Numbered from the stretch's first letter, positions 10,364-21,363 are shown. The stretch is DNA of 64,000 bases from Gammaproteobacteria bacterium (GCA_963662545.2 CAXXLL010000002.1:2496001-2560000); one strand, 5' to 3'. A program made the numbers and translations. The notes: generated by a model not told the origin, from the sequence alone.

Positions 10364-11164
10364 TCAGACGTAAACGCCGAGGACCTTCAGGGCAGCCTCG
10401 AGCAAGGCGCCGTTTGCCGCCGCGACGGCGCGGCCGCCGCCGCGAATCGCCGTGCCCGACCAGTCGGTGACGACGCCGCCTGCCGATTCGACGATCGGGA
10501 TCAGCGGCGCGATGTCGTAATAGGAAAGTTTGGCTTCGACCACCAGATCGATATGGCCGGCGGCCAGCAGACAATAGCCGTAGCAGTCGGCGCCGAACCG
10601 CGTCAGTCGCGTCTGTCCGGCGAGTGCGTTAAAGGCTTCGGTTTCACGGCCAGGGCTGAACATGTCTGGTGAAGTGGCGAACAGGGTTGCCGCGTCGAGT
10701 GCAGACGCCGCGCGGCAGCGTAACGGTGTCGCACCCGCGGCCGTGATGAGTTCGGATCGGCCGTCGCCGCCGACGAAACGATCGCCAACATAGGGTTGAC
10801 TCATCATGCCGAAACGCGGCGCGCCGTGCTCGATCAGTCCGACCAGCGTGCCCCAGGTCGGCATGCCGCTCAAGAACGAACGGGTGCCGTCGATAGGGTC
10901 GATAATCCAGGTGAATTCGCCGGTCCCGGGCTTCTCGGCGGCCTCCTCACCCACGATGCCGTGTGCCGGGAAACGCGCCTCAATCAATCGCCTTAATGCT
11001 GCTTCCGCCGCGCGATCCGCCTCCGTGACGGGATCGAAGTCGTCGGTACCGGCCTTGTTCTCCACCACCAGCGGGGAGCGAAAACGAGGCAGGGTTTCTC
11101 GCGCCGCAGCGACGGCAAGTTCCTCGAAAAACGCCCATACGGTTTCTTGATCAATGCTCGACAT
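10364..11164 (-). CDS. hisN: Histidinol-phosphatase, inositol monophosphatase family
   Basis: DFDPVTEADRAAE, WIIDPIDGTRSF and RFGADCYGY motifs. Confidence 0.85.
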   Translation of the reverse strand: MSSIDQETVWAFFEELAVAAARETLPRFRSPLVVENKAGTDDFDPVTEADRAAEAALRRLIEARFPAHGIVGEEAAEKPGTGEFTWIIDPIDGTRSFLSGMPTWGTLVGLIEHGAPRFGMMSQPYVGDRFVGGDGRSELITAAGATPLRCRAASALDAATLFATSPDMFSPGRETEAFNALAGQTRLTRFGADCYGYCLLAAGHIDLVVEAKLSYYDIAPLIPIVESAGGVVTDWSGTAIRGGGRAVAAANGALLEAALKVLGVYV

Positions 11165-11430
11165 ACCGGAACCTTAGCACCGCGCGCCGCGGCATCATGG
11201 CACCGGGTACTCCATTTTCCAACTGCGACGGCCGTAAGGCGCCGTCAATCGTGTTGTGGTGCCGTGATCACGGTATGATCGAGGCCAACGCCGGCACTAT
11301 GAACTCACACCGACGATAACAATCAGAAGGCACAAGAGAACGACTAGGACGCCGTAATCTGCAGACGGAATCACCGTGCTGAAGCGGCCCGTATAGACCG
11401 TCGTCCCGCGCCTTACAAGCACATCCGATC

Positions 11431-13908
11431 ATGAATGAATTCATCGCCTCTCTGTACGAACGACTGGTACTGCGGCGTCCGGTCATCGTCCTGACGATAC
11501 TCGCGCTGATGGGCTTGGTGTTCGCATCGGGCACGCGGGATTTTAACCTCGATGCCTCTACCGATGCGCTGCTGCTCGAGAACGACAAGGATCTGCAGGC
11601 TTTCCGCCAACTCTCGATGCGCTACAAGACGCGCGCGTTCCTCTTCATTGCGGTCGTCCCGCCGGACGACATCCTGTCGGACGCCACGCTCGAACGGGTC
11701 GGGTCCCTGCGTGACGAGATCGCCGCCCTCCCCGAGGTACTCGACATCGTCTCGCTCCTCGACGTACCCCTGGTCACTAATGTACCGGGCTCGGTCGCCG
11801 ATATCGCGACCAATTTCCGTACCTTACGTTCGGAAGACGTGAACCTCAGGCGCGCGCGCGAGGAGTTGACGCAGAGCCCGATTTATCAGGACCTCGTAGC
11901 CAGCGCCGACGGCAAGGTCACGGCCTTGCAGGTGTTCCTCAAACCCCATTCCGAGCTGCCCCGCCTGAGTCGCCAGCGGGATCAACTGCTCTACAAAAAG
12001 GCCTACGAAGGTCTCGATCCACAGGAGGAGTCGAACCTGGAGGATCTGCGACCGGACTATGAGAAGGCCAAGAACGAAGCCGCGGCGACGACCCGCAAAG
12101 CGATCGCCGACATCCGCGCCATCATCGTTCGCTACCAGGGGGATATGCGGCTTTACCTCGGTGGGGTGCCGATGATCGAGGACGACGTGATTACTTTCAT
12201 CGGTAACGACCTGGTCAATTTCGGTGCGGGTGTATTCGTCTTTCTGGTCGTCATGCTGACCATCATATTCCGCGAACCCCGCTGGGTTCTGCTCCCGCTC
12301 GCCAGTTGCTTATACGGCAGCACGGTCATGATCGGGCTGCTCGGTATCATCGGGTGGAACGTCACCATCATTTCGTCGAATTTCGTCGCCCTCATGCTCA
12401 TCATCACGATTTCGATGAACATTCACCTGGTGGTGCGATATCGCGAGCTGTTTCGCGATCATCCGGACGCCGATCAGTTCGAGCTCGTCAAACTGACCAC
12501 CCGCCACATGGCGCAGCCGTGTTTTTACACGGCCTTGACCACGATCATCGCATTTGCGTCTCTCGTAGTGAGCGACATCAAGCCGGTCATCGATTTCGGG
12601 TGGATGATGACCATTGGCCTGGCCGTCGTGTTTGGAACTTCTTTCCTGCTCTTTCCGACGCTATTGCTGCTGACCAAGCGCAAGCCGCTGACCCGGGCCG
12701 AAGGCGACAATTATCCCTTCACCGCATTGCTGGGCCGCCTGACCGAACGTTACGGCTCGCTCATACTCGTGCTTGCCGTCGTCATCGGCGCGGCGGGCGC
12801 GGCGGGCATACACCGATTGGAAGTCGAGAACAGCTTCATTTCGTATTTCCGCGAAAACACGGAGATTTACCAGGGCCTTAAGCTCATTGACGAGACCCTA
12901 GGTGGCACGACGCCGATGGACATCGTGCTGAAATTTCCCAAAGACGAACGCCCCGACGACGGCGCGCTCGATGACGATCTCGCGGCCCTGTTCGACGAGG
13001 TCGAGGCCGAAAGCAAAAAATCGGACTCCTGGTTTACGCCCGAGAAACTCGATCGCATCAAACAGATCCACGATTACCTGGACAGCCTGCCCGCCGTCGG
13101 CAAGGTCTTGTCGCTCGCCTCGGCGATACGCGTCGCGGAAAAGATCAACGGCGGCGTCGAATTCACGGCGTTCGAGTTGAACATCATGTACAAGCGCGTC
13201 CCGGCGCCGGTACGCGCGGCGATGCTCGATCCCTATATTTCCATCGAGCACGACGAGGCGCGAATCGCGGTCCGCATTATCGATTCCCTGCCGGACCTCC
13301 GCCGCAAGGAATTGCTCGAGAAAATTGACCTAGACCTTCGCGAAAAATTCGGCCTGGAGGCGCACGAATACGAAATTACGGGCTTGCTCGTGCTGTACAA
13401 CAACTTTCTGCAGAGTCTGTTTCGCTCACAGATCCTGACACTCGGCGCGGTCATGGTCGGAATCATGATCATGTTGACCATCCTCTTTCGATCGCCCGTG
13501 GTTGCGCTGGTCGGCATTATTCCGAATATCCTCGCGGCGACCTGCATCCTGGGCTTCATGGGATGGATGAACATCCCGCTCGACATCATGACGATCACCA
13601 TCGCTGCGATCACGATCGGCATCGCCGTCGACGACTGTATTCACTATCTGTATCGCTACAAAGCCGAATTACCACGCATCGGCGATCCCATCGAAACCAT
13701 GCACTACTGCCACGCCAATATTGCCAAGGCGGCGTTCTACACGACCTTGACGATCACGGTGGGTTTTTCAATTCTCATCATGTCGAACTTTATCCCGACG
13801 GTCCTGTTCGGGATGCTGACGGCCGTGGCCATGATCGTGGCCCTGCTGGCGGCCCTGACCCTGATGCCCAAGCTGATACTCATGTGGCGGCCGTTCGCGT
13901 CGTCCTGA
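11431..13908 (+). CDS. MMPL/RND family transporter
   Basis: 825 aa, two TM bundles with large periplasmic loops; GIAVDDCIHY motif. Confidence 0.9.
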   Translation: MNEFIASLYERLVLRRPVIVLTILALMGLVFASGTRDFNLDASTDALLLENDKDLQAFRQLSMRYKTRAFLFIAVVPPDDILSDATLERVGSLRDEIAALPEVLDIVSLLDVPLVTNVPGSVADIATNFRTLRSEDVNLRRAREELTQSPIYQDLVASADGKVTALQVFLKPHSELPRLSRQRDQLLYKKAYEGLDPQEESNLEDLRPDYEKAKNEAAATTRKAIADIRAIIVRYQGDMRLYLGGVPMIEDDVITFIGNDLVNFGAGVFVFLVVMLTIIFREPRWVLLPLASCLYGSTVMIGLLGIIGWNVTIISSNFVALMLIITISMNIHLVVRYRELFRDHPDADQFELVKLTTRHMAQPCFYTALTTIIAFASLVVSDIKPVIDFGWMMTIGLAVVFGTSFLLFPTLLLLTKRKPLTRAEGDNYPFTALLGRLTERYGSLILVLAVVIGAAGAAGIHRLEVENSFISYFRENTEIYQGLKLIDETLGGTTPMDIVLKFPKDERPDDGALDDDLAALFDEVEAESKKSDSWFTPEKLDRIKQIHDYLDSLPAVGKVLSLASAIRVAEKINGGVEFTAFELNIMYKRVPAPVRAAMLDPYISIEHDEARIAVRIIDSLPDLRRKELLEKIDLDLREKFGLEAHEYEITGLLVLYNNFLQSLFRSQILTLGAVMVGIMIMLTILFRSPVVALVGIIPNILAATCILGFMGWMNIPLDIMTITIAAITIGIAVDDCIHYLYRYKAELPRIGDPIETMHYCHANIAKAAFYTTLTITVGFSILIMSNFIPTVLFGMLTAVAMIVALLAALTLMPKLILMWRPFASS

Positions 13909-14085
13909 CCACAGCACTAGGTGCGCATTATTATCGTGTTTCAGACCCCTACGATCCCGACAGCTCCGGCGACGGGTTCCTGTGTGTCCACTCGCTTATA
14001 ACATTCGGTTATTTGCTTACGGTTATTTCGTATACTAGATTGATTCCTGCCCGAAAAGACGACAGGTAAAGACGAGGAGGCTCTC

Positions 14086-15465
14086 ATGACATTCGCTCAT
14101 TCTAAGCATTCGCGCATCGATCGATTCCTGCGCTGCACCTTGGGGCTCGCTCTCACCGCCTTCACTGCAGCGGTGGCGGCGGATGAAACCTGTATGTCGC
14201 CCTACATGGCCAAGATCGTCGGCCAGGAAGACTACGTCTACGTCTGGACTCTGGGCACCGAAGGGCTAGGGGACGAGCAGGACAAGATCGTCACGGTCGA
14301 CGTCAACCCCGCTTCGAAGAGCTACGGCACGATCGTTCACTCCCTCTCGCTTGGTGGTCGTAACGAGGCCCATCATTCCGGATTGACGGATGACCGTCGG
14401 TACCTTTGGGCGACCGGCCTGGACACGAACAAGATCTTCATTATCGACATTCACAGCGACCCGGCGAAGCCGAAACTGCACAGGACTGTTACGGATTTTG
14501 TCGAGAAGAGCGGCGGCGTCGTCGGCCCGCATACGAGTTACGCGATGCCCGGGCGCATGCTGATTACGGGTCTGTCAAATCACAAAGACCATGGCGGTGT
14601 CACCGGCATGGTGGAGTACACCAACGCGGGCGAGTATATCGCCACTTACTGGATGCCGAAGGATGGCGATCTGCAGGGCGCGGTCAAATCCGGAGAATTC
14701 GCCGACGGCTTCGGATACGACGTGAGGGCCCTGCCACGCCGCAACGTGCTCGTGACCTCCTCGTTCACGGGCTGGAACAACTACATGATGGACCTCGGCA
14801 AGATGATGGCGGACGCCGAGGCGATGAAGCAATTCGGCAACACCGTCGTGATCTGGGACCTGCACACCCGCAAGCCCAAAAAGATCCTCGATGTACCGGG
14901 TGCGCCGCTGGAAGTGCGCTGCGCCTGGGGCTCGCAGCACAACTACTGCTTTACCACCACGGCGCTGACGTCGAAGATTTTCCTCATCTACGAAGATGAT
15001 GCCGGCGAATGGCATGCGAAGGACGTCGCCGACATCGCGGATGCGAGCAAGATCCCGCTGCCGGTGGATATCTCCATCGCCGCCGACGATTCGCTGTTGT
15101 GGGTTAATACCTGGAACGACGGTATGACACGCCTGTTTGATATATCCGATCCGCATGCACCGAAGGAGATCTTTACGAACAAGATCGGCGACCAGGTCAA
15201 CATGCTGTCACAGAGCTGGGACGGCAAACGAATTTACTATACATCGTCGCTGCTCACCAACTGGGACAAGAAGGAAGGCAACCCGGGCGACGTCCAGTAC
15301 TTCAAGGCCTACACCTGGGACGGCGAGAAATTGACGCATAAGTTCTCGATTGATTTCGAAGAAGAGAAACTAGGGCGCCCACACCAGATGCGATTCGGCG
15401 CACATGCCTTGTATGCCAACAGCCTACCGCTACCGTCGGGGCCGGCCGTCGCAACCTACCGGTGA
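14086..15465 (+). CDS. mtoX: Methanethiol oxidase (SBP56 selenium-binding family), exported
   Basis: Signal peptide then DETCMSPY...GQEDYVYVWTLG; NEAHH, GPHT; Trp in SSFTGWNNY and SSLLTNWDK (candidate TTQ residues); RBS GAGGAGG; SCO/MauG gene adjacent. Confidence 0.88.
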   Translation: MTFAHSKHSRIDRFLRCTLGLALTAFTAAVAADETCMSPYMAKIVGQEDYVYVWTLGTEGLGDEQDKIVTVDVNPASKSYGTIVHSLSLGGRNEAHHSGLTDDRRYLWATGLDTNKIFIIDIHSDPAKPKLHRTVTDFVEKSGGVVGPHTSYAMPGRMLITGLSNHKDHGGVTGMVEYTNAGEYIATYWMPKDGDLQGAVKSGEFADGFGYDVRALPRRNVLVTSSFTGWNNYMMDLGKMMADAEAMKQFGNTVVIWDLHTRKPKKILDVPGAPLEVRCAWGSQHNYCFTTTALTSKIFLIYEDDAGEWHAKDVADIADASKIPLPVDISIAADDSLLWVNTWNDGMTRLFDISDPHAPKEIFTNKIGDQVNMLSQSWDGKRIYYTSSLLTNWDKKEGNPGDVQYFKAYTWDGEKLTHKFSIDFEEEKLGRPHQMRFGAHALYANSLPLPSGPAVATYR

Positions 15466-15481
15466 GCACGCCTCGAAACGC

Positions 15482-17305
15482 GTGAGACGCCTGCACCGGG
15501 CGTGCGTGCGCGCGCCCGGTATCGCACTGCTGGCGGCGCTGATCGCTGCGCCGGCCGGTGCCCACGAGAAAGCCTCCGAGGCGCCGGCCGTGCTCGCGCC
15601 CGGCTACGCTGCACTCGAATATCCGGCACCGGTCGCCGGTACCTACGCGCTGCCGGCGCTTGGACCGGCCGCAAATGGCCGCTACCTCGATTCACACGCC
15701 GAAGTGGGTGAATTGTACGACCTGTTCCGCGACCGGGTGACGGTCATCAGCTTCATCTACACGCAATGCGACGACGTTAACGGCTGTCCGCTCGCCACGT
15801 TCGTCATGGGACAAATGGCAAGGCGCCTGCAGGCCGATCCGCAGATCCGCAAGCGCCTCAGGCTGGTCAGCTTCAGTTTCGACATCGACAACGACACGCC
15901 GGCCGCACTCGAGCGATATGCTCAGTCATTCCGTCCAAAGGGCGCGAACTGGGATTTCGTCACCGCACCAGACAGTGCTTCGCTGACCCGGACCCTGGCC
16001 GCTTACCAGCAGTCGGTCCAGCAATCCGAGGGGCATGCGTTCGCGCATATCCTACGCGTATTTCTGGTCGACTCAGGCCTGCGTATCCGAAATATATACA
16101 GTACCGCGTTCCTGCACGCCGATACCCTCGCCGCCGATATCAAGACCGTGCTGCTCGAACAAGGAGATATCGAGTCCGCTGGCGGACTTGCCGCATTCTC
16201 GTCAGGGGCAGAGCACTCGAGCACGGCAGCAGCGGATCCGAACCTGGGGCTACCGCCGCCGGAGGCAATGAACGGCCCGGTGCCTACCGCGGCGCAGGCC
16301 GCGCTCGGCGAGCAGCTTTTTTTCGATCGCCGCTTGTCATTCAATCGCACCATCTCTTGCGCCATGTGCCACATTCCGCTACAGGGGTTTGCGGTCAATG
16401 CGCTAGCGACAGCCGTGGGGATCGAAGGACGCACGGTGAAACGCAATGCGCCGACCTTACTCAACGTCGCGTTTTTGAATACGCTCTTTCACGACGGACG
16501 CGAGAATCGGCTTGAACAACAGGTGTGGGGCCCGCTGCTGGCGCATAACGAAATGGCGAACCCCTCGATCGGCTACGTGCTCGAAAACCTCAAACGCTGG
16601 CCCGAATATCGTGGCCGCTTCAAAGCGGCCTTCGGGGCAGCACCGAGTATGGAAACCGTGGGCCGCGCGCTCGCGTCATACGAACGCACCCTGATCGCCG
16701 GTGGCAGCGCCTTCGACCGGTTCTACTACGCCAAGGATCCGTCGGCCTTGAGCGATGCTGCAAAACGCGGCTTCGCGATCTTTCGCGGCAAGGGTGGGTG
16801 TGCGGCCTGCCATACCTTGAATGACGAGTACGCTCTGTTTACGGACCAGGCGCTGCATAATACCGGCCTCGGCTTTCTCGCCTCAATGACGCCCGGCGAT
16901 GGACGGCGTAGCTTGGCGGTCGCTCCGGGAACTTCGCTCGAATACGACCTCACGGCCGTCGCAGATTCATCGGAAACGCCGCCGAACGATCTCGGCCGCT
17001 ACGAGATTACCGAAGATCCGGACGACCGCTGGAAGTTTCGCACGCCCAGCTTGAGAAACGTATCACTGACGCGTCCGTATATGCACAACGGAACACTGTC
17101 CACACTCGAGGACGTGATCGCGTTCTATAACGACGGTGGTATCCCCAACGATTTACTCGACCCGCTGATCCGACCGCTGGGCCTGACGCATGGAGAGCGC
17201 ACAGATCTGGCGTCTTTTCTGCGCAGCCTCACGAGTGAATCGATCGAGGCACTGGTCGAACGCGCGCAGCAGGTCGAGATCGGTAATCCGAAGTTCGATC
17301 AGTGA
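15482..17305 (+). CDS. SCO1/SenC copper chaperone fused to MauG-like di-heme cytochrome c peroxidase
   Basis: Signal peptide; SFIYTQCDDVNGCP SCO motif; CAMCH and CAACH heme sites; RNAPTLLN, KFRTPSLRNV, PYMHNG; GTG start estimated. Confidence 0.88.
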   Translation: MRRLHRACVRAPGIALLAALIAAPAGAHEKASEAPAVLAPGYAALEYPAPVAGTYALPALGPAANGRYLDSHAEVGELYDLFRDRVTVISFIYTQCDDVNGCPLATFVMGQMARRLQADPQIRKRLRLVSFSFDIDNDTPAALERYAQSFRPKGANWDFVTAPDSASLTRTLAAYQQSVQQSEGHAFAHILRVFLVDSGLRIRNIYSTAFLHADTLAADIKTVLLEQGDIESAGGLAAFSSGAEHSSTAAADPNLGLPPPEAMNGPVPTAAQAALGEQLFFDRRLSFNRTISCAMCHIPLQGFAVNALATAVGIEGRTVKRNAPTLLNVAFLNTLFHDGRENRLEQQVWGPLLAHNEMANPSIGYVLENLKRWPEYRGRFKAAFGAAPSMETVGRALASYERTLIAGGSAFDRFYYAKDPSALSDAAKRGFAIFRGKGGCAACHTLNDEYALFTDQALHNTGLGFLASMTPGDGRRSLAVAPGTSLEYDLTAVADSSETPPNDLGRYEITEDPDDRWKFRTPSLRNVSLTRPYMHNGTLSTLEDVIAFYNDGGIPNDLLDPLIRPLGLTHGERTDLASFLRSLTSESIEALVERAQQVEIGNPKFDQ

Positions 17306-17520
17306 ATATCGTCCCGTTGGGTAACATCGTGATGGTGGAACGACTCGATAAGACGAAAAGCACGGCAGGCGATGTCGATCTGCCGTGTGTGGGCGTTTTC
17401 GAAAGGCAAGCCGGTGAGACAAAAGTGTGGCGCGACTATTTCGACATATCTACCTATACAAGTGCCATGGCCTCATGATGTGTCCATGAAAGACCTGATC
17501 CCGTAACAAGAGCGACAACA

Positions 17521-18459
17521 ATGCCCGACCTCGTTCTGCACCATTATGATGAAGCGCCTTTCGCCGAAAAAATCCGACTTATCTTCGGCATCAAAGACTT
17601 GGCATGGCATTCCGTCATTCAGCCATCGGCCTTACCCAAGCCGGACCTCGTGCCGCTGACCGGCGGATATCGCAGAACACCCGTGTTCCAAATAGGGGCG
17701 GATATCTATTGCGATACTCAATTGATCGCCGCGGAACTCGAAGCGCTTTACCCGGAGCCGACGATTTTTCCGGATGGTAACGCCGGCCTGGCGTATGCAC
17801 TCGGCAGTTGGGCACACGGCCCTTACGTGGTCAGTTCGGTGGCGATCTACATGGGAGCGGAGGATCCGTTCGCCGGCGACGTCTCGCTACCGCGGCATTT
17901 TTACGAAGATCGCAAGAAGATGTGGATGACCCAGTTCGACACCGATCAACTCGGACCCAAGCTTGCAGGCTACCGCGCGCAACTGGATGCGCACACGGAC
18001 TTCATCAATATGCAGTTGGCCGACGGTCGCGCCTTTTTAACCGGTGACAAACCAAGCCTGGTCGATCTTCACGCGATGTGGGACCCGTGGTTTCTACGCC
18101 GTTTCGCGCCCGTCGAAGCGAGCCGCGCCTACGACAGGTTTCCCGCCATCGAGCAATGGGAAAAACGCCTCGCGGCGATCGGTCAGGGTAGACGCAGCGA
18201 GATGGATCCTAAACGGGCGCTCGAAATCGCCCGTAACACCAGACCCGAACCGGCAACCGGTATCGATCCGAACGATGCGTTAGGCATTAGCGCGGAAACG
18301 ACCGTCCGAGTATCGCCGTCGGACTATGCCGAGGTCGACGTTATCGGCGAACTGGTGGCAACGACGGTGCGCACAGTGACGATTCGGCGCGATGACCCGG
18401 ACGTGGGCCGGGTGCACGTGCATTTTCCCAAAATCGGATACGTCATTGAACCCGTTTAG
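17521..18459 (+). CDS. Glutathione S-transferase family protein
   Basis: LHHYDEAPFAEKIR and LTGGYRRTPVFQIGADIYCDT motifs. Confidence 0.9.
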   Translation: MPDLVLHHYDEAPFAEKIRLIFGIKDLAWHSVIQPSALPKPDLVPLTGGYRRTPVFQIGADIYCDTQLIAAELEALYPEPTIFPDGNAGLAYALGSWAHGPYVVSSVAIYMGAEDPFAGDVSLPRHFYEDRKKMWMTQFDTDQLGPKLAGYRAQLDAHTDFINMQLADGRAFLTGDKPSLVDLHAMWDPWFLRRFAPVEASRAYDRFPAIEQWEKRLAAIGQGRRSEMDPKRALEIARNTRPEPATGIDPNDALGISAETTVRVSPSDYAEVDVIGELVATTVRTVTIRRDDPDVGRVHVHFPKIGYVIEPV

Positions 18460-18563
18460 CCCGCCTATTGCATGAACAATAGCTGATGACGGCGCAGGAC
18501 AGGTAGGTCCGGGTGAACGGCACAGCCGCGAACAGCGAGCCATGGACGGCTCGCGCCGAATAC

Positions 18564-18821
18564 TCAACCACCCTTGATCACGGGGACCAGTACGATGGCG
18601 TCGTTTTCCTCGAGTACGCGGGCGCTGGCCGTCGCGTCATCCAGGCGGTCGCCGTTGAGCATGATGAAATACTCGTCTTCGTGCGGGACACCGAGCGCCG
18701 ATATCATTGCCCTCACCGTCGTTCCCGCTGCGGCCTCGCGCGCGAGCGGACCACCCGCCGTATCGACCGCATCGGCATAGTACTCTTGCAGGATACCGAC
18801 GAGGTTGATCGAAACCTGCAC
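18564..18821 (-). CDS. MoaD/ThiS family sulfur carrier
   Basis: 85 aa, C-terminal GG, directly downstream of AOR. Confidence 0.85.
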   Translation of the reverse strand: MQVSINLVGILQEYYADAVDTAGGPLAREAAAGTTVRAMISALGVPHEDEYFIMLNGDRLDDATASARVLEENDAIVLVPVIKGG

Positions 18822-18833
18822 CGCCGTTGGAAA

Positions 18834-20657
18834 CTAGAGCCCCAAGCGACTCAGGGTGTCCGACGTTGGTATGCCCTCGGCCGTCCAGCCACGAACTTCG
18901 TAGTACTTGGGCAGCATCTCGTCGAGCTTACACACCATGCCCTTGGCGGCACCACTCGGCGCGGGTTCCTCGAGAATGCGCTTGGGTAGCGTATCGTCCG
19001 CTTTGGTCAGGCCCGCCGCCGCGTTGAACTGGCGTTCCATGTTCCAGATGCGCTCGCCCATGAGTAACAGCCGATCAACGTCCCATCCGCCTTCGCAGGC
19101 CGCATCGATCTGGGCCGCGTAATGGATCATTTCGCCGCCGACGTTTTTCGGGAATAGGCACAGACCCGTCGAATCGATGGCCGCGATGAAATCTTGCGAA
19201 TCCTTGACCATCGCCGGCTTCTCTTCGACTTCAAGCGTCGTGAAATCATGCGCATAGGGACTTGCCCGTAAATGGCAGGCGCCGCGGTTACTGGTGGCAT
19301 AAGCCAGGCCCATGCCCTGCATGCCGCGACCATCGTACGCGGCGAATTCCTGGCCCTTAACCGCCATCGACAGTTCCGGGTGCCCGTATTTCTCGCATAA
19401 ACGCTTTGAACCCGTGCCGATGTCCACCCCGATCCCCTCACCCTTGGCAATCATTTCGCTCACCCGGCACAAGGCCTCGGCCGAACCGAATTCGAGCTTG
19501 AGCCCGCCGGTGTCCTCATCGGTGATGGCGCCGATATCGTAAAGCTCCATCGCGGCCGCGATGGAGCCGCCCAGCGAGATCGGATCCATGCCGTAATCAT
19601 TGCAGAGAAATCCGACGTAGGTCGCGGCGTCCATATCATCAACGCCGACCGCCGCGCCGAGCGCGTAAGCCGTTTCGTATTCGAGACCGCCTGACGGCAC
19701 CTGGTAGCGTGGCTGGTCCTTGACTGAAAAGTGACTCGGATCGACGTGGCTCAAGCGCCCGCAGCCAATGGTACAGGCAAAGCACGCACTGACCGTGATC
19801 AAATTGACGTGGCCGTTTTCGTTCGGCGATTGCATCGCCTTGGCGTTGAGCTTCTCGTGGCCTTCGAACTGGACCTCGCGATTATTACGCGTCGGCAAGG
19901 CGCCGTAACTGCCGGTCACATCCATCATCGAGATCGTGCCGTGCCGGCTCAAACCGATGCGCGCCTTGGACTCGGCGAGCACCTCACGGAATTCTTTGAT
20001 GGCGACGTCGAAGGCCTTGGAATCGCGGACCCCAACACCCCTGGTGCCACGTACTGCGATGGCCTTTAGCTGCTTAGAGCCCATCACCGCGCCGACGCCG
20101 GAACGTCCCGCTGCCCGATGCAAATCGTTGACGATGCACGCGAAGTGGCAGCCCGATTCTCCCGCCGGTCCAATGGAAGCAACGCGGATCAGCGGGTCGC
20201 CGTGAGCATTCTTGATCGCGGGCTCGAGATCCCACACGCTCTTGCCCCAGAGGTCGCCGGCCCGGATGAGTTTGGCTTTTTCGTTTTCGATGTAGAGGTA
20301 GACGGGTTCCGGAGCACGGCCCTCAAAGATGATCATGTCCCAGCCCGCCATCTTGAGTTCGCCGCCGAATTGCCCGCCGGAGTTGGAACAGGCGATGGCG
20401 CCCGTCAACGCGCCCTTGGTGATGACCGACCAGCGTCCTCCCGTCGGCGCCATCGTCCCGGTGAGAGGGCCGGTCGCAATGATCAGCTTGTTGTCCGGCG
20501 ACATCGGATCGACCTTGGGGTCGACCTCCGCGCTAAAGTACTTGGTGCCGAGACCGCGCTGCCCCAGATACGACTGGGCCCATTCCATATTGAGGTCTTC
20601 GGACACGCAGGTGCCTGCAGTGAGATTCACGCGCAGTAATTTTCCGTGCCAGCCCAT
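18834..20657 (-). CDS. Aldehyde:ferredoxin oxidoreductase (tungsten AOR family), catalytic subunit
   Basis: GKLLRVNLT, AAGRSGVGAVMGSK, CFACTIGC, EYET and SNRGACH motifs. Confidence 0.93.
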   Translation of the reverse strand: MGWHGKLLRVNLTAGTCVSEDLNMEWAQSYLGQRGLGTKYFSAEVDPKVDPMSPDNKLIIATGPLTGTMAPTGGRWSVITKGALTGAIACSNSGGQFGGELKMAGWDMIIFEGRAPEPVYLYIENEKAKLIRAGDLWGKSVWDLEPAIKNAHGDPLIRVASIGPAGESGCHFACIVNDLHRAAGRSGVGAVMGSKQLKAIAVRGTRGVGVRDSKAFDVAIKEFREVLAESKARIGLSRHGTISMMDVTGSYGALPTRNNREVQFEGHEKLNAKAMQSPNENGHVNLITVSACFACTIGCGRLSHVDPSHFSVKDQPRYQVPSGGLEYETAYALGAAVGVDDMDAATYVGFLCNDYGMDPISLGGSIAAAMELYDIGAITDEDTGGLKLEFGSAEALCRVSEMIAKGEGIGVDIGTGSKRLCEKYGHPELSMAVKGQEFAAYDGRGMQGMGLAYATSNRGACHLRASPYAHDFTTLEVEEKPAMVKDSQDFIAAIDSTGLCLFPKNVGGEMIHYAAQIDAACEGGWDVDRLLLMGERIWNMERQFNAAAGLTKADDTLPKRILEEPAPSGAAKGMVCKLDEMLPKYYEVRGWTAEGIPTSDTLSRLGL

Positions 20658-20919
20658 TATGACAGCTCCTTAAAAATCGGTACGAGGTCGATCGATTGCA
20701 CATTTTACTCGCTTTGTCCGGCGCTAACAGCCTCTAGGGCTAAGGAAGCCGTGTTGATTTGGGTGGGATAAGGACGGATCCTTCCAAAGGCCCGCAGGGC
20801 GCTATCGGCACCGGCGGCTCGAAGGCGCAGAAAAGACGCCGAAACTTGTTCTCGGTGCCACGGTCGGGGACACTGACCGCCAGCGGCATGACCAGTTTCA
20901 ATAAACTGCAGGACTCATC

Positions 20920-21363
20920 ATGGAGCATTCGATCACAACTGCGCGACAGATCCTCGCCATCACCTTGATGCTGGCATTACCCGCGGCCGCGAGCTGGGCT
21001 CTCGACCCCTCACCTTCGCCGGGAGGTGCGGAAGTTTATTTCATCAGTCCGATGAATGGCGCGCGCCTTGAACGCCCATTCACGGTCAAATTCGGCTTGA
21101 AGGGCATGGGCGTCGCCCCGGCGGGGGTGGATGTGCCGAACACGGGACACCATCACCTATTGATCAACGCAGATCCGATGCCCGATCTCACGCAGCCGCT
21201 GCCGAGTAACGCTCAGGTGCGGCATTTCGGCAAGGGACAGACACAGGCCGAAATAGACCTCGAACCCGGCACCTACACCCTGCAACTCGTGCTCGGCAAC
21301 CACTTGCACATTCCGCACAAGCCGCCGGTCACGAGCGGTACGATACGCGTTACGGTCGAGTAA
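20920..21363 (+). CDS. DUF4399 domain secreted protein
   Basis: Signal peptide; VYFISP, GMGVAPAG, TGHHHLLI and HFGKGQT motifs. Confidence 0.88.
   Translation: MEHSITTARQILAITLMLALPAAASWALDPSPSPGGAEVYFISPMNGARLERPFTVKFGLKGMGVAPAGVDVPNTGHHHLLINADPMPDLTQPLPSNAQVRHFGKGQTQAEIDLEPGTYTLQLVLGNHLHIPHKPPVTSGTIRVTVE

Noticed and set aside
11431-13908. MMPL as hopanoid exporter HpnN
   Set aside because: More than 20 kb from shc, with no HpnN-specific evidence visible
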